DNA of 32,000 nucleotides, from NCBI GenBank assembly GCA_041657425.1, contig JBBABY010000010.1:1-32000 (forward strand), read 5' to 3'. This document shows positions 15,926 through 24,159 of the stretch, in pieces. Made by a program: the position numbers and the translations under genes. The stretch comes from an archaeon (GTDB lineage Archaea; Iainarchaeota; Iainarchaeia; Iainarchaeales; CSSED10-239). The notes under the pieces were generated by a model. That model saw only the letters and a list, made by a program, of their open reading frames with translations. It searched no databases and was not told the origin of the DNA. The stretch's first letter is position 1. The number at the start of each line of letters is the position of its first letter.

Positions 15926-18220
15926 ATGAAGAAATTAAAAAAATCAGCAGTAAGTTTTAATAAAAAAGAAATAATGGATAAATTAAATAAACAGCTCAAT
16001 TTTCCAACTACTTTTGTTATTAGTCCAATTGATATATTCTTATTAAAAAAGAAAAAAATTGATATTAAAAATTATGCAAGAGACTTAAAGAAAGTAAATG
16101 CAAATCACACAATTTATCTTGGTATGAAATATAATATTACGGACTTAATGGACGCCGGATTTACCGATACTGAAATTAAGACGTTAGGTTTTACATTAAA
16201 TGAAAAGAAACCAGTTGTTAAAGTTGCAAAGAAACTAGTTGTTATAAAGAAAAAACCAGTTGTAATTAAGAAAAAACCAATCCTAAAAAAGGCAACTGCA
16301 AGTTTAAGCAAAAAAGAAATTGTTGATAAATTAAGTAAACAGCTTAATTCTCCAACCACTTTCTTAATCAGTCCAATAGATATCTCACTATTAAAGAAAA
16401 AGAAAATAAGCATTACAAGATATGCAAAAGACTTAAAAAAAGTAAAAGCAAATCACACAATTTATCTTGGAATGAAATATACAATTAAAGATTTAAAGAA
16501 TGCAGGATTTACAAATTTCGAAATTACAGAACTTGGGTTTAAAGCAGAAGAAAAGAAATCAGTTGTTAAAAAGAAAAAAGAAATTAAGAAAAAGCAATTA
16601 CCATTAATAGAACTTCTAAGAAAGAAAACTCCTGCAAGAAAATTACTTTCATTAGGTTATAACTATATAAAACTAAAACAAAGAAAATATACAGCAACTA
16701 AATTAAAAAAAATGAAATTCAGTTCTAAATATCTTTTTACGATTGGTTTTTCAGCAGCAGATTTACATAATGCAAAATATGCATTAGTGGAATTAAAGAA
16801 AGCAGGTTATTCTGCAAAGGAATTAAAAGCAATTGGCTATTTAGCTAAAGATTTATTAAAAGTAAAATATAGTGAAGATGTTGTCGCTTATGCACAGTAT
16901 CCCGCAAAGGAATTATATAAATTAGATTTCCCAGTTAAGAAATTAAAGATTGCAGGATATAAAGCAACTGAATTAATTGAAGCAGGATATACTTTAGAAG
17001 ATTTAAAGAAGGCATACACAATTAGAGAACTATTAGTTGCAGGATATACTCTTTTAGATTTAGTGGATAAAGAAAAAATAAATATACAGCAATTACTTGA
17101 TGAAGGCATAACTATTGCTGATCTTTTAAAAGAAGGATTTAGAATTAAAGAATTAACTCCAGTTGGCGTTACTGCTAAACAATTTAGAGAAGCAGGTGTA
17201 AGTTCAAGAGACATGTATAAAGTAGGATATTCTATAAGAGAACTAAAAGACGCAGGATATAAGTTAAAAGACTTATTTGATTTAAGAGATCTTTTAACAT
17301 TAAAAGAAAAGAAAGAAGAATTTAATTTAGAAGATTTAAGATATTTAAATTATTCTGCAAAAGAGTTACTTGGATTTGGGTATGCTCCTGCTGAGCTTTA
17401 TTTCTCTGGATATACCACTAAAGAATTATCAGATGCAGGACTTTCTTGTGTTCAGTTAATGGATGCTGGTTGTTCATTAAATGATATAAGATTAATCGGT
17501 TGTGGTTTAGCAGAATTTATTTCTAAAGGATATTTCGCAAAAGACTTAAAAAGAGCAGGATTTTCTGCAGTTGAGATTCATTTAGCAGGATATAGTTTAT
17601 ATGATTTAAGAGATGCAGAATTTAATGCAAAAGAATTACTTGGTATTGGATATTCAGCAAAACAATTTCATAATCTAGGATTTACTGCTAGAGAATTATA
17701 TTTTGCAGGATTTGGTTTACAAATAATAAAAGATGCAGGATATGGTGCTAAAGAACTTGCAGATTTAGATATTGATATAATTGAATTTGCAAATGCGGGA
17801 TATTCAGCAAAAGAAATGAGGGCTGCAAGTTACAGTGCTTATGATTTAAAGAAAGCATATCCAGCAAGAGAACTTAGACTTGCAGGTTTTGATGCTGCTT
17901 CTTTAAGGGATGCAGGGTACTCAGCAAAAGAATTACATGATGTTGGGTTCTTTCCAAGAGAATTATATTATGCAGGATATTCTGCAAAAGATGTTAATGG
18001 ACTAGGATATGGGCCAAGACAATTAAGAGTAATAAGATATACAGCAAAAGAATTAAAGCCAATAGGGTTTACTGCAAGAGAATTATATTCTGCAGGATAT
18101 AGTGCTGATCAATTAATCAAAGCAGGATATAGTTATAAGGACTTATCAGATCTTGGAGTAAGTCAAAGAAGACTACATAGACATCTTAGAATACACTCTA
18201 AAGGATATAATTTCTTTTAG
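15926..18220 (+). CDS. Large repeat protein: duplicated N-terminal module, Lys-rich linkers, then about 50 tandem decapeptide (aGYsakELkx) repeats
   Basis: Uninterrupted 767-codon frame. ATG 15926 with AGGTGA SD is preferred over GTG 15917. No signal peptide or TM segment seen. Confidence 0.75.
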   Translation: MKKLKKSAVSFNKKEIMDKLNKQLNFPTTFVISPIDIFLLKKKKIDIKNYARDLKKVNANHTIYLGMKYNITDLMDAGFTDTEIKTLGFTLNEKKPVVKVAKKLVVIKKKPVVIKKKPILKKATASLSKKEIVDKLSKQLNSPTTFLISPIDISLLKKKKISITRYAKDLKKVKANHTIYLGMKYTIKDLKNAGFTNFEITELGFKAEEKKSVVKKKKEIKKKQLPLIELLRKKTPARKLLSLGYNYIKLKQRKYTATKLKKMKFSSKYLFTIGFSAADLHNAKYALVELKKAGYSAKELKAIGYLAKDLLKVKYSEDVVAYAQYPAKELYKLDFPVKKLKIAGYKATELIEAGYTLEDLKKAYTIRELLVAGYTLLDLVDKEKINIQQLLDEGITIADLLKEGFRIKELTPVGVTAKQFREAGVSSRDMYKVGYSIRELKDAGYKLKDLFDLRDLLTLKEKKEEFNLEDLRYLNYSAKELLGFGYAPAELYFSGYTTKELSDAGLSCVQLMDAGCSLNDIRLIGCGLAEFISKGYFAKDLKRAGFSAVEIHLAGYSLYDLRDAEFNAKELLGIGYSAKQFHNLGFTARELYFAGFGLQIIKDAGYGAKELADLDIDIIEFANAGYSAKEMRAASYSAYDLKKAYPARELRLAGFDAASLRDAGYSAKELHDVGFFPRELYYAGYSAKDVNGLGYGPRQLRVIRYTAKELKPIGFTARELYSAGYSADQLIKAGYSYKDLSDLGVSQRRLHRHLRIHSKGYNFF
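15956..16540 (+). repeat. Two copies of an about 80-aa module, 351 nt (117 codons) apart, inside the repeat-protein gene
   Basis: KKEIMDKLNKQLNFPTTFVISPIDIFLLKKKKIDIKNYARDLKKVNANHTIYLGMKY... matches KKEIVDKLSKQLNSPTTFLISPIDISLLKKKKISITRYAKDLKKVKANHTIYLGMKY... The copies share an identical 23-nt run, gcaaatcacacaatttatcttgg. Confidence 0.85.
16637..18166 (+). repeat. 30-nt (10-codon) periodic coding repeat array, about 50 units
   Basis: Successive units include AGYSAKELKA, IGYLAKDLLK, AQYPAKELYK, AGYKATELIE, AGYTLEDLKK ... AGYSAKELHD, VGFFPRELYY, AGYSAKDVNG. GCAGGATAT recurs at the nucleotide level. Confidence 0.85.
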
Positions 18221-18228
18221 TTTTCTTT

Positions 18229-18669
18229 TTATCTTTCATATCTTCTAAAGTGTTTTACTGGAGTTTTATTACTTGACTTAACAATAGTATAGAATAATTT
18301 AATACAAATAATAATTCCAGGAATCAATAAGGAATTAAAAAGTGTTGCTTTATCTATTGCACCAAATCTAAATAACAATAAAGAACCAAGACCCCAACCA
18401 ACTATATAGAATATTCCTTCTTTTAAATATCCCTTAAATGAATAATAAACAGATTGTGCAGTTGTAGCAATCAAATAACCATAAGATAAGAAAAGATAAG
18501 TTAATCCATTCTTCCACGCAAAGCCAAATGCAATTTCTAAAAATCTAAGGAATACAGTTGAGAGTAAAGAAATAAATGCACCGAAGGTTAAACTTATAAT
18601 TGATTTTTTAAATGAAATAAATAATCCTCTAGTTAGTTCTTTTGTTTTATTATAGTGTAGTTCTGGCAT
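18229..18669 (-). CDS. Integral membrane protein (146 aa, about 4 TM), cotranscribed with the diadenylate cyclase
   Basis: Hydrophobic helices throughout. Its start lies 2 nt downstream of the DAC gene stop on the same strand. Confidence 0.6.
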   Translation of the reverse strand: MPELHYNKTKELTRGLFISFKKSIISLTFGAFISLLSTVFLRFLEIAFGFAWKNGLTYLFLSYGYLIATTAQSVYYSFKGYLKEGIFYIVGWGLGSLLLFRFGAIDKATLFNSLLIPGIIICIKLFYTIVKSSNKTPVKHFRRYER

Positions 18670-18671
18670 AA

Positions 18672-19373
18672 TTATTTTTTTTTAATTTTTTTAACTTCTT
18701 TTTTCTGTTTTGTTACAACTAGTTTTCCAGTTGCTAAGAATTCTTTCATACTAATAAGCCCGTATTTTGTGATTATCCAAGAACCAGTAAATATTGCTCC
18801 TGCCATTAATGGATTTAATCTTAAGAGTAATGAAGCTACGCCACCAGCAGTAGCTACTTGAATGTCTGGTCTTGAAAATAATTCCCCAATTTTTTCAAAG
18901 AATTCTTTTGTTTTACCAGTTTTAGGATTTATTTCTGCAGCTAGTTCTCCGTTTGTAAAAATTCTAACTCTTCCATCTTCTTCTGAAGAGATGATTGCTA
19001 GAACGTTTTTAGTTTCTGAAATTCCTCTTGCTGCAGAATGTCTTGTTCCATGTCCTTTAAGGATTGTAGTTTTCTTAACTTTTGCACCATAATCAACAAT
19101 GTACCCATCATTATCAACAACTATTGCTCCATCAAGTTCAAGTAAAGCGATTAAGAGGGTTTGTGTTTCTTTGTTGAAGATGCTTATTTTCTTACCAGAA
19201 AATAAATCAGGATATAGGCATTCGTATTTATCAGAGATATCCTTTTTAGTAATTATAAAAAAAGAACCTTTCTTTTTATTTGCCATGTCGTTAACCATTT
19301 GAACAACTACGGCTATTACTTTTTTATTTAAATTTGAATTGTGGTTTTTATTCATATTAATATATATATCCAT
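18672..19373 (-). CDS. Diadenylate cyclase (DAC/DisA_N domain; c-di-AMP synthase) with a hydrophobic C-terminal segment
   Basis: DAC hallmarks in order: LELDGAIVVDNDG, GHGTRHSAARGISE, LAIISSEEDGRVRIF. The C-terminal VATAGGVASLLLRLNPLMAGAIFTGSWII is hydrophobic. Confidence 0.85.
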   Translation of the reverse strand: MDIYINMNKNHNSNLNKKVIAVVVQMVNDMANKKKGSFFIITKKDISDKYECLYPDLFSGKKISIFNKETQTLLIALLELDGAIVVDNDGYIVDYGAKVKKTTILKGHGTRHSAARGISETKNVLAIISSEEDGRVRIFTNGELAAEINPKTGKTKEFFEKIGELFSRPDIQVATAGGVASLLLRLNPLMAGAIFTGSWIITKYGLISMKEFLATGKLVVTKQKKEVKKIKKK

Positions 19374-19461
19374 TTAGTTTATATAAAGTATATTATTTAT
19401 TTTTCAGTTATGTTTATAAAATAATTTGATTACTTATATTTATCAATTAAACGGAGAAACC

Positions 19462-20727
19462 ATGAATAGTCCACTTTTATTTTTAGTGTTTATCGCAGGA
19501 ATATTTTTATTAGGATTTTTAGGGAATGTATTTTTTAGAAAAACAAAGATTTCAGATGTTTTTATATTAATTTTTATTGGTTTATTTTTAGGGCCTATAT
19601 TTCAAGTAGTCCCTCAAGCAACAATATTACAACTAAGGGAATATTCACCTATTTTTGCAGCAATTGCCTTAATTGTTTTAATTTTTGATGGAGGACTATA
19701 TCTTAATTTTTATAGAGTTATTACTGAAATAAAAAATGCATTTTTATTTACAATGCTAGTTTTTGTATTAACTTCTGTACTTTCTGGAGTGCTGTTACAT
19801 TTTGTTTTTGGATTTGAATGGATTTATGGTCTTTTATTAGGAGTAATTATTGGAGGAACGAGTTCAGAAATAATAATTCCGTTAGTTACAAAATCAAGTG
19901 CAACAGACCAAACAAAAACAATAATGACTTTAGAATCAGCAATAACTGATGTTTTATGTGTTGTTGCAACAGTTACTATTGTTGGAATAATTATTACTCA
20001 AGTTGCAAATACAAAATTAATTATTCAAGGGGTATTTTCTGCTTTTGCAATCGCCGCAGTTGTTGGCCTTATTGGAGGGATAATTTGGTCTAAAATTTTA
20101 AGAGACTCTGAAGATGTAAAAGGATTTAGTTACTTTCTTACGCTTTCGTTTTTATTTTTATTATATGCAGCAACTGAATTTTTAAGTGGTAATGGCGCAT
20201 TTTGTGTTTTAGTGTTTGGATTAGTGTTAGGCAATGCTTCGGACATATTTAAAACATTTAAGATGAAAGATTTCACTTTAGAAAAAAACATACACCATTT
20301 CCAAACGGAAATCTCACTAGTGATTAAAACTTTCTTTTTTATATATTTAGGAGTAATTATTGAATTTAAATATATAACTTTTGAAGTAATCTTAATAACT
20401 TTAGCATTAGTTGCTTTAATTATTATTTTAAGAATATTAATTACAAAACTATTATTTTTTAAAAATTTTGAAAAGAAAGACAAAGCTCTTATCGTTTCAT
20501 TACACACAAGAGGGTTAGCTGCTGCAGTACTTGCAACTTATCCGATAAGTATGGGAATTAACAATGCCTTTACTCAAAAAATAGTAGGTGTTTCATTATT
20601 AGTAATACTTATGACAAATGTAACAACTACAATATACTATTTTATAATAGAACACAAAAGTGATAGTGAAACAATAAATAAAAATTATTTATTAAAAAAA
20701 GACAAAAATAAAATGAGTAATAAATGA
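19462..20727 (+). CDS. Cation:proton antiporter (Na+/H+ exchanger family, CPA-type)
   Basis: About 12 TM helices and no soluble domain. ATG 19462 with GGAGAAACC SD is preferred over TTG 19426. Overall pattern is typical of Na_H_Exchanger proteins. Confidence 0.8.
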   Translation: MNSPLLFLVFIAGIFLLGFLGNVFFRKTKISDVFILIFIGLFLGPIFQVVPQATILQLREYSPIFAAIALIVLIFDGGLYLNFYRVITEIKNAFLFTMLVFVLTSVLSGVLLHFVFGFEWIYGLLLGVIIGGTSSEIIIPLVTKSSATDQTKTIMTLESAITDVLCVVATVTIVGIIITQVANTKLIIQGVFSAFAIAAVVGLIGGIIWSKILRDSEDVKGFSYFLTLSFLFLLYAATEFLSGNGAFCVLVFGLVLGNASDIFKTFKMKDFTLEKNIHHFQTEISLVIKTFFFIYLGVIIEFKYITFEVILITLALVALIIILRILITKLLFFKNFEKKDKALIVSLHTRGLAAAVLATYPISMGINNAFTQKIVGVSLLVILMTNVTTTIYYFIIEHKSDSETINKNYLLKKDKNKMSNK

Positions 20728-21743
20728 TTTCTAAAAAAGGGGTTTCTGAAATAATAGTTGTAACAATGGTTATTGTAGTTTCTATAATTATTGCAGGAAT
20801 ATTTTTTGTTTGGATTAATGAATATTTATCTAAGGATAAGTTAGATCAAACAGGTGGGGTACTATTACAAGCAAGCGATTTATCTTGTATGAATGTAAAG
20901 ATTAAAGTTGATTCTTGTACAATAAACAATGCAAATAAAGTTACTCAAATTTTAGTTACAAATAGTTCTGATTTAACTCTATTTAATTTTGTGCTTACAA
21001 TTGAAGGAAAGAATGTAAGTGGAACAGATATGACACTTATTGGAACATTTGATGAATCGGTTTCTGGAGGTCAAATAGTAAATCTATCGACAGATACTAA
21101 TTTTAATTATACAAGAGAAGACTTTGATTATTTTACTTTGGATACAAGTGAAATAACAAGCATGGTATTAACTAATGGGACTTGTCCTAAGAAATCAGAA
21201 ATTTTAGAATGCGAGATTATCGCAGGTCCATTAACCACACGCATTATTTCTCCAGAAGATGAAAAATATTATTTTTATGAAGACTCAATAGATTTCAATG
21301 CATACACAAGTGGAGGAAGTGAAGATTATAATTGTTCTTGGTCTTCAGATGTTGATGGCGAATTAGACACCGGTTGTAATCTTGCAATAGATACTTTAAA
21401 AAATTTAGGAGCACACACAATTACTTTAACAGTAACAGATGGAGAAAGTACAGAGATAGCAACCACAGGCATTACAATTAAAGACCACTTAGTACCAATC
21501 ATTTCATCTCCAGCAGACGAATCCATAGTTGCATTAGGAGCAATTGAGTTCTCTGGTTCAGTAAGTAACGCACAAGGAGAATACACTTGTTCTTGGACAT
21601 CAGATGTAGATGGTGCAATTGGATCAAGATGTGATTTTAATAAAAGTAATTTAACTCTTGGCGTGCACACCATTACTTTGACGGTAGCAGATGAATTAGA
21701 AACAAGAAGCACAACTGCAGATATTAATGTTTTAGCAGAATAG
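20724..21743 (+). CDS. Archaeal type IV pilin-like (class III signal peptide) surface protein with 2 PKD-like repeats; ends at an in-frame TAG
   Basis: N-terminus KKGVSEIIVVTMVIVVSIIIAGIFFVWI. Shared head domain SDLSC ... LTNGTCPKK. Two repeats: CSWSSDVDGELDTGC...LGAHTITLTVTDGES and CSWTSDVDGAIGSRC...LGVHTITLTVADELE. Confidence 0.8.
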   Translation: MISKKGVSEIIVVTMVIVVSIIIAGIFFVWINEYLSKDKLDQTGGVLLQASDLSCMNVKIKVDSCTINNANKVTQILVTNSSDLTLFNFVLTIEGKNVSGTDMTLIGTFDESVSGGQIVNLSTDTNFNYTREDFDYFTLDTSEITSMVLTNGTCPKKSEILECEIIAGPLTTRIISPEDEKYYFYEDSIDFNAYTSGGSEDYNCSWSSDVDGELDTGCNLAIDTLKNLGAHTITLTVTDGESTEIATTGITIKDHLVPIISSPADESIVALGAIEFSGSVSNAQGEYTCSWTSDVDGAIGSRCDFNKSNLTLGVHTITLTVADELETRSTTADINVLAE

Positions 21744-22742
21744 CCATGTATCACGGAAGGAGATGGCTCAGAAGAAAATCCATTTATTATTTGTACAATA
21801 GAAGACTTGAATAATGTAAGAAACGATTTAGAGGGTTATTATTTACTTGGTGCGGATATAGATATGAATGTTTCGCCATACAATGAAGGAGAAGGCTGGG
21901 AACCAATTGGAGATGCTTCTGCAGGATTTTTGGGAAATTTTGACGGCAATAATCACACAATAAATAATTTATACATTAATAGACCAGAAACAGATAATGT
22001 AGGATTATTTGGTTATATTATTAGTAATGTAATAAATAATGTAAAATTAGAAGATGTTAATGTTATAGGTCAAAATTATGTGGGGGGATTAGTTGGAATG
22101 AATAATCAGGGAACAATTTTCTCGAGTAATTCCATAGGAAATATTTATGGAATTGGGGGAGTTATTGGTGGTTTAGTTGGGTATATAGAACTGGGAGAGA
22201 TAACTAATTGTTTTTCAAATTCTGTAGTCACTGGAAGAAATAGTGTTGGTACATTAATTGGATCTGGTTTTCAAAGTATCGTCGTAGAAAGTTATTCAAC
22301 AGGGTCTGCAATAGGAGAAGAAAGTGTAGGAGGAATGATTGGACTCGACGAAAGTGGAACATTTGAAAATTGTTATTCATTAAGTAATATAACACGTATA
22401 TCTGATTCTAGTGAAACATCTTTTGGTGGGTTTATAGGATATACAGAAGGCTGGACAGATATTAACAATAGTTATTCAATAGGAAGAGTAATTTATGAAG
22501 ATACATCAAATCCAACAAATAAAGGATTTTCTGGAGATGCAATCAATGGTTACAATAATTTTTGGGATATGAATACATCATTGCAAACAACAAGTGATGA
22601 TGGAGCAATTGGTTTAACAACAGAACAAATGAAAGATCCAAATAATTTTACTGATTGGGATTTCGACACCATCTGGGATATTAATGAAGGAACAACTTAT
22701 CCTTATTTAAGAAATAATATTCCAAGTTCTTTGCCTCAGTAA
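21744..22742 (+). CDS. GLUG-motif repeat domain ORF without its own start codon or signal peptide; in frame with the preceding pilin/PKD gene
   Basis: Lead-in GDGSEENPFIICTIEDLNNVRNDLEGYYLLGADID, then VGGLVGMNNQG, IGGLVGYIELG, VGGMIGLDESG and FGGFIGYTEG repeats. Same frame as 20724-21743. Only TTG 21807 or ATG 21864 are available as starts, and both lie inside the module. Confidence 0.7.
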   Translation, partial: PCITEGDGSEENPFIICTIEDLNNVRNDLEGYYLLGADIDMNVSPYNEGEGWEPIGDASAGFLGNFDGNNHTINNLYINRPETDNVGLFGYIISNVINNVKLEDVNVIGQNYVGGLVGMNNQGTIFSSNSIGNIYGIGGVIGGLVGYIELGEITNCFSNSVVTGRNSVGTLIGSGFQSIVVESYSTGSAIGEESVGGMIGLDESGTFENCYSLSNITRISDSSETSFGGFIGYTEGWTDINNSYSIGRVIYEDTSNPTNKGFSGDAINGYNNFWDMNTSLQTTSDDGAIGLTTEQMKDPNNFTDWDFDTIWDINEGTTYPYLRNNIPSSLPQ

Positions 22743-22804
22743 CTAAAAGCTTTTTTAAAAGTTATATTTATAAAATAATTCTCCTTCTATATTAATGATA
22801 GAAT

Positions 22805-24154
22805 ATGATTAAAACAAATAAAGGCGCATCAGAGGTTATTGTTGTAACTTTAATTATTGTGGTTACAGTAATCCTTGCAGGTATTTTCTTTGCTTGGCTT
22901 AAGGAATCTTCAAATACACAATTAGATCAAACATCAATGCAATTAAAAGAAGCAAGTGATTTGTCTTGCAGCAATGCTACATTTAAGATTGAATCTTTTG
23001 ATTTAGACGAAGTAAATAGAAAGATTAGTTTTGTTTTATCAAACAACTCTGATTTAAAAATTTTTAATTTGATTTTGTCAGTTCAAGGGAAAGATGCAGA
23101 AGGTGTTGATTTAAAAATTAGTGGAAGATTTGATACAATTGTTGAATCTGGACAAATGGTTTCACTTTCAACAGATTCCAATTTCACTTATATTTCTGGA
23201 GATATATCAGCTTTAGGAACATTAGATTTTGGGAATTTAACAAATATCACTTTAACAAACGGAACATGTCCTAAAAAGATTTTATTAATTGATAGTTATG
23301 ATTTAACTTTAATTCAAAGTGATTTAGTTGCAGACCCAAATGCAGATACGTTTTTTGAATCTCAAAACATAACTTTATCGTCAGAAGAAGGAGCAACAAT
23401 ATATTACACAACAGATGGGAGCGATCCAACAATCGAAAGCGAAGTTTATGTTTCTCCAATTAATATTCCTTTAGATACTGTTATAACAATAAACGCAATT
23501 TCGGTTAAGCCAAATTATGAGACTAAAGATTTTACAGGAAAATACACAGTAACCCATATTCTTGCAACGCCGACTGCTGACCCCGAACCTTATGAATTTA
23601 CAAGGCCAATAGAAGTTAGATTATTTGCAGAAGACGGTGCAACTATTTACTATACTCTTGATTCAAGTATACCTGGCGGAAAATCTATGCTATATGAATC
23701 TCCTATACTAATTAATTCCACAACAGTAATAAATGCAATAGCTGTGAGGGATGGATATGGGGATAGTGATCTGTTTACTGGCACATATACTTCTTTAGAA
23801 AGTTATACTTTAGAATATAACACTTCATCTGGGGTTTTAACATTAGAATTAATTCCAGATTTATCTATTCCGCTTAGTAATAATATAGCATTTAGATATT
23901 TTGGTGCTTTTAAGGATCCTATAAGTACTTCTGCTTCAGCTGCTACTACTTCAGGTTTTCTAGAGGCTAATCCTAGTCCATACGAATTTAAAGACTGTAG
24001 GCTAATTAGATTTGATTGTGAGCAGTTGGCTTTAGATATAGGTATGAACGACGTAGATAGATTTGAGATAATTGAAATACCAGATAAAGGGAGCATTAAT
24101 GTTTTGATTACAATTTTACCCGATGATATTACAATAGTTTCTGATAAGAAGTGA
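22805..24154 (+). CDS. Archaeal type IV pilin-like surface protein with two chitobiase/hexosaminidase-C-like (GATIYYT.D) repeats and a unique C-terminal domain
   Basis: N-terminus NKGASEVIVVTLIIVVTVILAGIFFAWL. Paralogous head domain (SDLSC ... LTNGTCPKK). Repeats EEGATIYYTTDGSDPT...VITINAISV and EDGATIYYTLDSSIPG...TVINAIAV. Confidence 0.8.
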   Translation: MIKTNKGASEVIVVTLIIVVTVILAGIFFAWLKESSNTQLDQTSMQLKEASDLSCSNATFKIESFDLDEVNRKISFVLSNNSDLKIFNLILSVQGKDAEGVDLKISGRFDTIVESGQMVSLSTDSNFTYISGDISALGTLDFGNLTNITLTNGTCPKKILLIDSYDLTLIQSDLVADPNADTFFESQNITLSSEEGATIYYTTDGSDPTIESEVYVSPINIPLDTVITINAISVKPNYETKDFTGKYTVTHILATPTADPEPYEFTRPIEVRLFAEDGATIYYTLDSSIPGGKSMLYESPILINSTTVINAIAVRDGYGDSDLFTGTYTSLESYTLEYNTSSGVLTLELIPDLSIPLSNNIAFRYFGAFKDPISTSASAATTSGFLEANPSPYEFKDCRLIRFDCEQLALDIGMNDVDRFEIIEIPDKGSINVLITILPDDITIVSDKK

Positions 24155-24159
24155 AAAGA

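Noticed and set aside
16637-18166. A regular 30-nt periodicity with a recurring GCAGGATAT word, considered as a possible CRISPR-like or satellite array.
   Set aside because: The periodicity lies entirely within one uninterrupted 767-codon frame and corresponds to a decapeptide protein repeat. There are no conserved repeat / unique spacer units and no cas genes.
21741-21743. Genome-wide reassignment of TAG to a sense codon as the explanation for the in-frame amber.
   Set aside because: TAG ends several well-delimited genes here at sensible positions (stops at 4024-4026, 24661-24663, 25746-25748 and 26149-26151). Any recoding would have to be local, so the observation is kept as a finding without claiming an alternative genetic code.
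21326-21754. 142-aa minus-strand ORF opposite the PKD repeats, and the similar 133-aa ORF at 24129-24530 opposite the third pilin paralogue.
   Set aside because: They are long only because the sense strand lacks the reverse complements of stop codons. The sense frames carry conserved repeated domains and paralogy, while the antisense frames have no motif or partner.
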